This document shows, piece after piece, positions 14,355 through 27,419 of a stretch of 64,000 bases of DNA. This stretch comes from Octopus vulgaris. Its lineage: Eukaryota. The stretch spans positions 26,970,001 to 27,034,000 of the forward strand of contig OX597827.1 of NCBI GenBank assembly GCA_951406725.2, given 5' to 3'. How positions within the stretch are numbered: position 1 is the first letter of the stretch; each line of letters opens with the position of its first letter. Below the pieces are notes generated by a model that was not told where the DNA came from, searched no databases, and saw only the letters and a program-made list of their open reading frames with translations. Both the position numbers and the translations under genes were made by a program.

Positions 14355-14780
14355 TTCTTTTATTCTTTTACTTGTTTCAATCATTTGACTGCGGCCATGC
14401 TGGAGCACCGCCTTTAGATGAGCGAATCGACCCCAGGACTTATTCTTTGTAAGCCTAGTACTTATTCTATCGGTCGCTTTTGCCGAAACGCTAAGTTACG
14501 GGGACGTAAACATTACAGCATCGGTTGTCAAGCGATGGTGGGGACACACACATACACACACACGCACACACAGAGACACATACACACGCACACACACCCA
14601 CACACACATTTATATATACGACGGGCTTCATTCAGTTTCTGTCTACAAAATCCACTCACAAGGCTTTGGTCGGCCCGAGGCTTTTGTAGAAGACACTTGC
14701 CCAAGGTGCCATGCAGTGGGACCGAACCCGGAACCATGTGATTGGGAACCAAACATTTTACCACACATTTACTCTTGCGC
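14355..14780 (-). mobile_element. SINE family A, full length
   Basis: Reverse complement of the consensus; tail-to-tail with the preceding copy. Confidence 0.9.
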
Positions 14781-14866
14781 ATACGTCTATACCTACACAC
14801 ACACGTTCATAAACGCGCATATACACAATGTGTGTGTGTATGTGTGTGTGTATGTGTGTGTATGTA

Positions 14867-14913
<47 letters not shown>

Positions 14914-15811
14914 TTTCTTGAATAAGAAAACTCACGCGTGTTCGTATCTGTATGTGCTTCCGGGATTGCTTATTGGCCACACACGTGCGCATGCGTGTGT
15001 GTGTGGCGAACGAGGAAGCATGATGCTGTCTACGAGAAGCTGACTTGTTTATTTGATATTGTACGTGATGAGGAACTGTTTCAACTGGTGTTCCTGCATG
15101 ACCTGGTGGGTCACGTCACTTACTCCCACCATTGAATCAACCACCGATCGATCCCTCTTTCCACCTCTCATCTTTCTAGCTGTCATTCCATCCATTCATC
15201 TAACCATCCATCCATCCGTCCTTCCGTTATTCCCTCTGCTCCCCCAGCCACCCATCAATCCTTCCTTCCATCCATCCATCCATCCATCCATCCATCTATC
15301 TAAACATTCTTTCATCTATCCATCCATCCATCCATCCATCCACTCATTCATCCATTCATCTGACCCCTCACCACCACCACCACTACCATCCTCCGCCATC
15401 ATCTAGTCATCTCTCCACAGAGGAACAAAAAAAATGAAGAAAAAAAAAGGAAGAAAGAAAGGAGAATAAAGCGCAATGGCGTGTACCGGCGTCCTGTCAC
15501 AGACAACCCACCAATCATCACATCATGGTTGACTGCTGCTCTCACTAACGCTTTATTCAGAACAACCGCCATAATGCAACCCCACCGACACCATCACCAT
15601 CGTGACGTTCGCTCTGTCTTATCTATCTACAGCAGTCCCCATCATAATAGGCAGTCAATACTTTCACCCTCTCACCCCGACCCCTCGCACCAACACTTTA
15701 ACCCATACATACATACATACATACATACATACATACATACATACATACATACATACATACACACATATATATATACGCATACGTATATAAATTATTAAGG
15801 TGACTATTCGG

Positions 15812-15847
<36 letters not shown>

Positions 15848-16325
15848 GTATACATACATATGTTTATATGCATACACACATATATATAAGCATATATATA
15901 CATACATACATACATACATACATACATACATACATACATACATCAATAAATATGCATACATACATATGTGTGTCTGTGTGTCTGTGTGTGCGTATGTGTT
16001 TGTGTGTATGTGTTTGTGTTTGCGTGTGTATGCATGTGTTTGTGTATGTGTGTGTTTGTGTTTGAATTTGTGTGTATGCATGTGTGCGCGTGTTTGAGAG
16101 TGTGTGTGTGTGTGTATTCAGTGAATGACATCATTATTGTACTGTGTCTTCCTCTCTTTCGAACAAGTACATCAATCTCCTCTCACCCCCACCCCCGTTT
16201 TATTTTATATTCTTTTCATTTTTGGCCGTTGTTACACGTTTTAAATGCTTCCATTTTTTATTCTCTTCTATTTGTTTCTTGTTCACGTCTCTGAGGTTTT
16301 TACTGATACTCCTGATTTCTTTACC

Positions 16326-16541
16326 TGGCAGAATCGTTAGCACGCCGGGCGAAATGCTTAGCAGTATTTCGTCTGCCGTTACGTTCTGAGTTCATATTCC
16401 GCCGAGGTCGACTTTGCATTTCATCCTTTCCCGGTTGATTAAATATCTACCAGTTAAGCACTGGGGTCGATATAATCGACTTAATCCCTTTGTCTGTCCT
16501 TGTTTGTTCCCTCTAAGTTTAGCCTCCTGTGGGCAATAAAT
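16326..16541 (+). mobile_element. SINE family B (Meta-domain-like)
   Basis: ctggcagaatcgttagcacgccgggcgaaatgc..gagttcatattcc..tttcatcctttcccggttgattaaata..ccag, tail cctgtgggcaataaa. Confidence 0.85.
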
Positions 16542-16544
16542 ATA

Positions 16545-16770
16545 TACTTGTATCCTAACCCTCACACGCACACACATTTGAGTTTTTACTCACACTTTTG
16601 TATCCATACTCACACCTTTGAGTCCTATCTCATGATTTTGCGTCCTTACTCTACATTTGAGTCATACTCACACATCTGAGTCGTTACTCACATTTTTGTA
16701 TCAATAGTAACACCTCTGGGTCTTTACTCATAATTTTGCTTCTTTATTCTACATGTGAGTTGTTACACTT
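16545..16770. repeat. Degenerate ~20-bp minisatellite (tactcacaYtttgWgtc-like)
   Basis: Units such as tactcacacttttgtatcc / atactcacacctttgagtcc recur about every 20 bp. Confidence 0.8.
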
Positions 16771-16949
16771 CCGTGTTTTTGATCATAGATTTGGTGAGGA
16801 CAGACTTGGAGAAAGATAACAGCATCCAACAATAATCCAGTCTTGTTATTTAATCCTAGGTAATACATGATCCTGTAGACTTAGTGAAACAGGAAGCTGG
16901 TTGAATGAGGACGTATGATCCAGGGATCCACTGAGCCCAATACAACAGT

Positions 16950-17490
16950 AAGAGAGTGAAGCTATGACTGGTGAGTGAAAGATAGAGGGGGTTGAGTGAA
17001 TGAGGCCAGAAGTGGGTGAGGGAGAGAGTGAGTGAATGGAGTGAAGTGAAGCTGTAATTGGTAAGTGAATAAGTGAGAGTTAAAGCGAGTGAGAGTGAGG
17101 CCGGAAGTGAGTGGTTGCATGAGTGGAGCTGTAATTAGGTGAGTGATTGAAAGAAAAATGACTCCAAGTGATTGGGTGAGTGAGTGAAGCTGTAATTCTT
17201 TGTGTGTGGGTGACTGAATGAGTGAGTGCGAGAGAAAAAAAGTGAGTGAGTGAGTGAGTGAGTGAGTGGGTGAAAATTAGCCACTGAATGAATGAAGAAA
17301 TGAGGACTAAAATGAGTCGGTGGGTGATTGAACAAGACATGGAATGAAAAGGAATGATGATTGATTAAATGAGTGAGCGAATAAAAGAACATTGGATTGA
17401 ATGAGTAATTGAGTAGGTGAGCGATAGAACGAGTGACTGAGTAAGAGAGCAAGTGAATGAGTCTATGAGTCAGTGAGTCAATGGATGGCA
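16950..17490. repeat. Degenerate (GAGT)n tract with a higher-order gtgaagctgtaatt unit
   Basis: gtgagtga repeated throughout; gaagctgtaatt-like unit near 16958, 17048, 17125 and 17185. Confidence 0.75.
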
Positions 17491-17731
17491 ACGAAAATTT
17501 AGCGTGTACCTTAAAACTATGGCAACTACGATTTCAGAATGTCCGACAGACGGATTGGCCGTAAATTATCGCTTGATGAGAAAACAATCGGTGCTAGAGA
17601 AAGAATGTTACCAAAATAGAATGCAACATAAATAAATAAATAAAAGACAGCAGACAACAACAACAACAAAGAAACTGGAAGGAACTCTTAGTTAAGGGTC
17701 ATAGGCATATCTGAAGTAGTTGGCTGGCAGC

Positions 17732-17770
<39 letters not shown>

Positions 17771-17915
17771 GCTGGCTGGTTAAGAGAACATAAAGAGACA
17801 GAGCAGGAGGTGGCAGAGGATCGGCTGCAATGATAAGCGGAGTTCTCTTATGTACTTAGATAGAAAATAACTATCATTTTCTGCCTCATTAAGCTACACT
17901 TTAAAGACGCAGCAG

Positions 17916-17962
<47 letters not shown>

Positions 17963-18310
17963 CTCGCTCTCGCTCACTCTCACTCTCACTCTCTCTCTCA
18001 CTCTCACTCTCACTCTCTCTCTCTTTCCATATGAATGTCTTTTTCCAGCTCCGTTTCTGTCACTTTTTTTTACTATTTCTTCTTTTTCTTTGTCCTCTTT
18101 CTATCCATGTGTCTCTTCCTCTCCCTCCGCTCGCTCTCTCTCTCTTTATCTATCTCTCAATTTTTTCTTTTCTACACCTTTTTCCTTCCTTCTTTCCTTC
18201 CTCCTCCCTCGCTTTCTTTATCTCTCTCTCTTTCTCTTTCGTTTTATCGCATGGAATAAAAGAATTACAAACTCTCTTAAATACTTTAGATCGGTTTATG
18301 AGATTAACAA

Positions 18311-18360
<50 letters not shown>

Positions 18361-18367
<7 letters not shown>

Positions 18368-18530
18368 TACAGAACATTGCACTACTAGGCACTGCACACA
18401 TCCTACGCAGAACACTTTCCATACAATAACCATCAGAGCATCATAACAAATCACAGCACATACCCAAGGCACACAGAGCTGCGCTCGGTAGTGAAGTGAA
18501 AGCACGCTATAAAAATAAAACTACTGAATA
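18361..18530 (+). mobile_element. R4/Dong-clade non-LTR retrotransposon 3' end in a (TAA)n tract
   Basis: NIQNIALLGTAHILRRTLSIQ* matches the C-terminus typical of R4/Dong ORFs; short 3' UTR with aataaa; (TAA)n on both sides. Confidence 0.8.
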
Positions 18531-18531
18531 A

Positions 18532-18583
<52 letters not shown>

Positions 18584-19173
18584 GATGATGATGCTGATGA
18601 TATCTGATATTAAATATAACAGCATTGATAATATTTTCTTTATTTACTACAAAGGGCCATAAGATATGGAACGTGTTACAAAGAAGGATTAAGAAGGCGT
18701 GTGGGGACGCAAACACGCAAACACACACACGCGCACACACGCGCACACACACACACAACAGGTGGGGTGAGAATACGTAAGAAGACAACGTACAATCTTG
18801 GCCTACAAATATAGAAACGAAATTCTATTAAGCAGAAATAAGTTCACCCGATTACACAGGGATGTGGAGTACAACATGTGCAATATGGAGGGCTCCGAGT
18901 ACTCTGACCACCTTCGACTCCCATCAACTTCTGCCAAATAGGTGGGTACCCTTGAAATAGCCGTAGATAAGGCTATTTGACGTGGTCTTTAATAGCCATA
19001 TATTATATAGTGTAGCAGCTATCCAATCATATTTTGCATCCCGGACCGGTTTCATCGAAGATAATCTTTCCATGGAGTGCAGGATAACGTGCTTAACAAT
19101 TATTTCATATATAGCTGTAATTATATATATGTAATAATAATTCTCTAAAAGAGATATAGACAGTAACTGCTCG

Positions 19174-19388
19174 ATAACATAAGGGACTAAAGCCATCTGA
19201 ATATGGCTAGGGACAGGGCAGGGTGGTGGGGGTGTTACTGTTGCATTTAGCCCCAGGCGAACATCGGTGACGGTGTCGAGCCTTTCTGGTGACGTCGATG
19301 TTCACCTGGGGCTAAATGCAACAGTAACACCCCCACCACCCTGCCCTGTCCCTAGCCATATTCAGATGGCTTTAGTCCCTTATGTTAT
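19174..19388. repeat. Near-perfect long inverted repeat (93-bp arms, 29-nt spacer)
   Basis: 19174-19266 is the reverse complement of 19296-19388 with one mismatch seen. Confidence 0.95.
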
Positions 19389-19480
19389 ATATATGTAGTT
19401 TTATATATATACATGTATGTATGTATATATATATATATGTATATGTATATATATATATGTATATGTATATATATATATAT

Positions 19481-19694
19481 TCTTTCTTTTACTTGTTTCA
19501 TTCGTTTGACGGAGGTCATGCTGGAGCATCGCCTTTAGTCGAAGAAATCGACCCCAGGACATATTCTTTGCAAACCTAGTACTTATTCTATCGTTTTTCT
19601 CCGAACCGCTAAGTTACGGGTACGTGAGCAGAGGAACATCGGTTGTCAAGCGACGTGGGGAGGATAAACACAGACGCACAAATACACACACACT

Positions 19695-19750
<56 letters not shown>

Positions 19751-19925
19751 ATTATATACATATATATATACGACGGGCTTCTTTTAATCTCCGTCTACTA
19801 AATCCACTCAGAAGACTTTGGTCGACCCGAGGCTATAGTAGAAGACACTTGCCCAAGATGCCACACAGTAGGACTGAACCCGGAACGATGTGGTTGGGAA
19901 GCAAGCTTTTTACCATACAACCATT
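19481..19925 (-). mobile_element. SINE family A
   Basis: Reverse complement of the consensus with an internal (CA)n(TA)n tract. Confidence 0.88.
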
Positions 19926-20478
19926 TATATAATACATAATATGATACACATATAATGCATGTATAATATAATGGTGAAACATCCTGCAGACTGCGAAAGT
20001 CAATAAAAAAAGAAACTGAATTAAATGAATTTATACTGTCTGTGCGGTCCGGTAGCAATTGATACACGACTCGGTGATCGGGTAACTTTGATCAATGCCG
20101 TACCTTGATCTCGTACTCTATTTCTTCTTGAGATAGGACAGTTCTTGATTTATGATTTTATGGTAAGCATTAAACTGGGGCGACTTCGGGTTTTCATTTG
20201 AAAGACAATTACAGAAATGACAGAAACGCTTAAGGATCACATAGAATCGACTATGGGAGAAAATTAACCATGGAAATCAGCAGTGTGAAATAAAAAGCAT
20301 ATGGAACAACTCGATAGATCGGTGGACTGCTGACTGTGACAGACATGTAAAAGAAGAAGTCGACAGAATCTGGACTATCTTTGCTACCAATGTTAAATGC
20401 CCTCTCGCCGAGACAACTATGTTTTCTGAACTATAGAAACAAGTTGAGAGCAGGACAATTCTTACCAAAGCTATGCTC

Positions 20479-20623
<145 letters not shown>

Positions 20624-20789
20624 AGTAGACATGAGTTTCATAAACTACAAAATAAAAATAACCACAATACCATACTTGAAGCGTACCTGTTATAACTCGA
20701 TTTTAATGTATGTGAAGGTATCCAGAATGTCCAAACTTATTTCTGCAAATGTGCTAAGCACTGATGCTGATCAGTTTAATCAATAAGTG

Positions 20790-21124
20790 TAGGAGCGAGG
20801 AAAATGCAGTAAAAAAAGGGAGGTCGGCGGGGCCCTATTTGAGCGGCCCTTCAGAAATTGAACCTCCTTACGATACTCCCTGGGAGTTCATGGTATGAAA
20901 TTCGTTGCCATTGCTCCGGTTTGTTCGCCAATAACATGTATTTAGTTTGAAATGCAGTAAAAATAGGCGAGGTCAGTAGGGCCCCAATTAGACGGCCCTT
21001 AAAAAAATAGATTCCTAAGGACATTCCCTGGGATTAGAGGAGTTGCTGGTTTGAGTTTCGTTGTCCTTGCACATAAAAAGGTAACGGACAGAGAAGCATC
21101 ATGACAAATTTATAATAGGATAGA
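20790..21124 (-). mobile_element. Helitron-like non-autonomous fragment with internal ~150-bp direct repeats
   Basis: Minus strand starts tctatcctattataaa (TC 5' end); degenerate direct repeats 20799-20935 and 20949-21070; no clear 3' hairpin/CTRR. Confidence 0.45.
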
Positions 21125-21685
21125 GCTAATAAAGTTTGGCAGGTGATAATGGTGTCTTGATGTAGTCGATGATGTATTGTCGTACTTGGAAGTCACTATC
21201 ATCGTTTGCGAATGCCCCCAAAATCCCTAACCCGATATTAAGCTACCAGATATTGTGGTAAAGAATTCTGGACGTCTGCGAAAAATAAAAGAGAAAGGAG
21301 AGGAGGGGGAGGAGAAGAAAGCTAGCATGCGGAAATAATGAGAAAATTGGTAGTTTCTTTAAAATACCGAACATACATAAAAATATGTGCATACATAATC
21401 ACACACATACACACACACTCACACACACACACACTCGCACGCATACACACTTACATCCATACATGCCTCCTAAATACATATGTGCTTGTTTTATGTGTTA
21501 ATGGTTATATTTCTGCACGTGCCGAATCAGCATGAAAAAAGAGAGAGGAAAAAAAAAAAGAACCTGTTTCGGTGGTTTATTTTGTTTTCTGTGTCATTAG
21601 TGTCACATGAATGCTAACAAAAACAACATCCTATACTTTGGGATCCAGGGTCTCCTTTGCTGCAAAAGAGAAAGGCCGTACATCA

Positions 21686-21781
<96 letters not shown>

Positions 21782-21823
21782 TGTATGTATGTATGTATAT
21801 GTATGTATGTATATGTATGTATG

Positions 21824-21880
<57 letters not shown>

Positions 21881-21917
21881 GGAGAGAGAGACAGGAGACA
21901 GACAGACAGAAAGAGAG

Positions 21918-22061
21918 ACGTGGCTGTGTGGTAAGAAGTTTGCTTCTCAAGCACGTGGATCCGGGTTCGTGTGGCACCTTGGGCAAGTGTCCTCTACCAT
22001 AGCCTTAGGACGACCAAAGGTTTGTGAGTGGATTTGGTCGACGGAAACTGAAAGAAGCCCA
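21918..22061 (+). mobile_element. SINE family A, 5' half
   Basis: gtggctgtgtggtaagaag..ggcaccttgggcaagtg..ggaaactgaaagaagccc. Confidence 0.85.
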
Positions 22062-22763
22062 CCTAGTGTATGTGTGTGTGCGTGTGAATTTTTCTCAACT
22101 ATCTCAATGGAAAATAACGAAGGATACACTTAATAATGCGGACTTAGGTGTATGAAAAGAAGAGATGGTCATGTCTAGAACCTGATTAAGTGGGTTTTTT
22201 TGTTACTGTTATTGTTTGGATTGATGTTGTTGTTGCTTAGTCCAAAGTCATCCATGGTGAAGTAACACCTCTGTATTAGGAGGTGCAGATACAGCATGCT
22301 TTCGAATAAACATTATGAGAGCCTGGTTACATCCCCTTTCTCTAACTCTCCTGTTAACCTCAGCTGCAACAGAAAGGGGTGTGGGAACTGGAGGAAGTTT
22401 TGCCCACATGGAGTAAATACACAAAAAGAGAAAGAGAGAGAAAGAAAGAGAGAGAGAGGGAGAGAGAGAGGGGGGATATCTGAAATGGAGCCTAACAACG
22501 AAAATTTTAAGCTTCACATAATTTTCCTTTTTCCTCCTAATTTGTACAGCTCTGACGACGATGATGATGATGATGGTGATGATTAAGGTACTGATACCGT
22601 CCTTATTGGTATAACTGTTCTTGTTTTCTTTTGTTGGTGGTGGTGCTGGTGGTAATGGTGGGGCTGTTCATGTCGACAATAATAATAATAACTTCTTTTA
22701 TTAGCCACAGGGGCATAAATGAGAGGGGGCATCACAGGGATAGATGATAATAATAATAATGAT

Positions 22764-22848
<85 letters not shown>

Positions 22849-22857
22849 GGGGGAGGA

Positions 22858-23180
22858 GACCTCCTTCGGTCATGAATGACCATGGGATTGCACCTAGAAT
22901 TGCACAAGTCCAGGCAAGGTTGTTTATGGAAGACCAGCAGTCGCCCATGCATAGCGGTCTCTCCTCTCCATACCACTGATGTTATCCAAGGGAAAGGCAA
23001 AAGGAGTCGATACAGCTTGGCACCAGTGACGTCGCAAGTTATTTCTACGGCTGAGTGAACCGGAGCAACGTGAAATAGTGTCTTGCTCAAGAATACAACA
23101 TGCAGCCCGATCCGGGATTCGAACTCCCAACCTCACGATCGTAAGCTCGATGCTCTAACCACTGAGCCATGCGCCTTCAC
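22858..23180 (-). mobile_element. tRNA(Arg-like)-derived CORE-type SINE (family C)
   Basis: Minus: ggcgcatggctcagtggttagagc..cttacgat..gagttcgaatcccgg, then ttcttgagcaagacactatttcacgttgctccggttcactcagc. Confidence 0.85.
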
Positions 23181-23378
23181 AATAATAATAATAATAATAA
23201 TAATAATAATCTGTAAATGAACAATCTGGTGTGTTTATTTTAATGGCTTGCCAATGTATACAGTGAGTTTCTTTGCCCTAGTTGTCGGGAAGACACTTGG
23301 ATAAAAATTGAAACAAAATTGAAAGAAGGTAACAACAACAACAACAACAACAGAAATAATAATAATAATAATAATAAC

Positions 23379-23436
<58 letters not shown>

Positions 23437-24990
23437 TAACAGGAATGCAAGACAAACCCGTTGTACTAACACGCTCATATATACACTCAGACTCTCAGCA
23501 TGTATACACACAGATAAACAGATACATACATACATACATACATACATACATACATACATAATATATGCGTGTTTACACACACACACACACACACACATAA
23601 ATATAAACAGTTACACATACATATGTATGTAAATATATATACTTGTTTATATAAATGCACATTTATAAATATATGTATATACATATTTACGTATATATGT
23701 TTATATATATATATATATATATACATACGCACACATTCACGTAATGATATATATATTTTTGCGTACCTGTGTATATGAATGTATATCTGTGTGCGTGCAC
23801 GTATGCGCTTACCTGTCATTTTTTTTTTATTTATCAAAACTATCTAATTACTTACTCAACTGTAATTAAAGATGATTGCATAGAAACTTAGAACACTACC
23901 TCATCTTCCTCCACCACCACCACTACCACAAAAAAACCCCCCAACAAAACGAAACTAACAAACAACACCTTGTGAATACCCCAAAGTCTCTACCCCGATA
24001 TTAAACTACCAGATATCAATGATATTATGTAACAACAAATATTTCTGCCAAAAGCTACATTACCATATGGATTCCATTTCATGAAAGTTGTTAACTTTCA
24101 GCATCAGCTCCTTCCAACATCACCGTTCCCGCCACCGCCATCTTTAGACAATATTTCGGTATTTCTTCAGTTGCTGGATTTGTGATTCTACTAACGCCTT
24201 AGATTCCGATTCTAACATTATTTACTTGTGGAATTATTGAAGAGAAAAGAATAAAATGTTTATCTAAACAACCTTATTATAATTTCCCGACGCCCTAGCG
24301 CACACACGAACAAAGATATTGTTTATTCGCGCGCACGCACGCTCTTGTGTGTATGTGTTTCTTTGTGATTATGTATGTGAATGTATATATGCACAGACAC
24401 ACACACATATATAAATGAACTGACGTGGGGTGGGGGTTGTGAATCGAGTTTCATGCAACTACGATCATCAGGGCGAGAACGTATTTTTTTTACTTAGAAG
24501 GTAATTTATAACGTAGGTTATGACGATCGTTTTCACTAATGTTGGTTTATAATTGTTTTACTGAGGCGTTGTCGACATTTTTCCTTATTTCATTTACCAA
24601 TACACGTCACCTACGAAATTAATGCAGTTTTGTTAAGGATCGAGAAAGCAAAAACATTCTCAAACTGTATTTTATACAAACACCTCTTTCTAATTAAATA
24701 TAACATCATAAAAAACACCGTTTACTCCAAGAAAATGCGTCTCTGTAGTCATATTATACATTAAAAATATACACACGAAGTTATATTTACACTTAATAGT
24801 GATGCTGCTATCTAACAATTATATATAAATATATATATAGCGTTAACGTCAGAAGAAATTAGAAGCTTCCAAAGCGCGAAATTTTGGAATAGTGAGTCAC
24901 GAAACCAATACAGTTATAATAATAGCGTAAATATTATGTTAAAAGAACGTTTATATAGAAGATTATTTGCTTCGAGATTCATTGTTCCCT

Positions 24991-25037
<47 letters not shown>

Positions 25038-25069
25038 CACACATATATACATATATATGATGGATACAT

Positions 25070-25101
<32 letters not shown>

Positions 25102-25103
<2 letters not shown>

Positions 25104-25512
25104 TCTTTTACTCTTTTACTTGTTTCAGTCATTTGACTGTGGCCATGCTGGAACACCGCCTTTAATCGAGCAACTCGACCCCAGGACTTATTCTTTGGAA
25201 GCCTAGTACTTATTCTATCGGTCTCTTTTGCCTGAACGGCTGTTAATACTTTATACACACAAACACACACATATATACACACCTACAAACACACACATAT
25301 ATATGCACACACACACAAACACACACATATATACACACACATAAACACACACACACACTTATATATATATGAGGAGCGACCACTAAGTGGATTCCTTATA
25401 TGCCAATAACAGACGTCGGTTGTCAAGCAATGCTAGGTGCCATGCAGTGGGACTGAACCCGGAACCATGTGGTTGGTAGACAAGGTACTTACCACACAGC
25501 CACTCCTGCGCC

Positions 25513-25513
<1 letters not shown>
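25102..25513 (-). mobile_element. SINE family A interrupted by a templated insertion and an internal deletion
   Basis: SINE sequence at 25102-25230 and 25418-25513; the middle is a copy of 26108-26280. Confidence 0.88.
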
Positions 25514-25556
<43 letters not shown>

Positions 25557-25618
25557 CATATATATATATATACCTAAATATATATATATATATATACATA
25601 TATATATAGATGTATATA

Positions 25619-26130
<512 letters not shown>

Positions 26131-26860
26131 TACACACAAACACACACATATATACACACCCACAAACACACACATATATATGCACACACACACAAACACA
26201 CACATAAACACACACACACACTTATATATATATGAGGAGCGACCACTAAGTGGATTCCTTATATGCCAATAACAGACGTCTATTTTTAGCATCCAAGCAT
26301 TCCAATTTGCAGTCTCTACCCTCATTTATATCTAAATACAATTTATAATCCTTGGACATTTTTTACATATGCTGACCACCGGTTCAAATTGGTATTATTA
26401 AATAATATTAGTTTCTACCCTTATTATATTATTTTATATATGTGTGTGTATGTGTGTTTGTGTGTAAATTATGTGAGTTTATTTTTAATATATATAACAT
26501 TGTATTTTATTTTATATTTTCAGAGGAATCCACGTTAATTATTTACTGGTAAGTTCTTCAACCATTTTTACAACAATTTCATCATTTTGAAAAAAAAAAA
26601 TGATATACCCACAAGCGTTCTTCCTCTTCCTCTGTGTTTTCTTATTTCATTTTCCCCGATTATTTCTCCGCTCCCTTGGACTTTTTTCTATATATCCGAC
26701 GAAAGACTATATCCGTGGAAACGTTATACTTTTACTCTATAACTTTTGCTTTATAAATTCGTTCCTTGTTTGAGCGTCAACGTAATAATATAACCGCGGA
26801 CCTCATTTACGCTTTTGATTTTTGCATTTGATTACGACTTTTTTAAAATTTTCTCCCCTC

Positions 26861-26935
<75 letters not shown>

Positions 26936-26938
<3 letters not shown>

Positions 26939-27419
26939 TGGCTGCCCCCTCGTTATCGAGTATGGCCATTGCACGAAGCTTAATCAATGTTGTTATCGTG
27001 CAATGCCTGTGCAAAAATATTTTTTTTAAAGTGAGGAAAGGCTGTGCACTGAGTCAATCCCACTCACTAAGCAACAGCAGCCATAATCCGAAAAGAAAAA
27101 CAACTCAACACCATCGGTAACCACTGAGCCGCAGGTTTTATGTCGGAGTTATCCCAGTTACCTAAGTTACCTTCTCCTAGAAGGATGCCCTGACAAAGGC
27201 TAGGAGTCCTTCACTCCCAATGGTTTAACCGCACGATCGGGTATTCAGTCCGATTATTTCTATGTCTCCGCGTATGATACAGCCTTAAGACATTTATTGG
27301 ATGGCCGTTGACTCTCAAGAGTTCCTCCGCCCTTTGACGGGTTTTGTTTTTCATCCCGCAGGGTGTCCAATAAACACCTTCCTCACCAAGCAACCTTGGT
27401 GGGGTTGCCGGTTTAGTCA
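26936..27419 (-). mobile_element. Probable RTE-derived non-autonomous retroelement
   Basis: Abuts (TA)n; blocks ccttctcctag..tgccc..aaggctag and gactaaaccggcaaccccacc resemble RTE UTR sequence from memory; no ORF. Confidence 0.4.

Noticed and set aside
16545-16770. CRISPR-like array (also 40401-41150)
   Set aside because: Units are contiguous degenerate tandem repeats without unique spacers; eukaryotic context and no cas genes.
23105-23180. tRNA gene (also 32550, 43052, 57770, 7564)
   Set aside because: A/B boxes are present, but the acceptor stems are poor and each continues into SINE body sequence; these are SINE heads.
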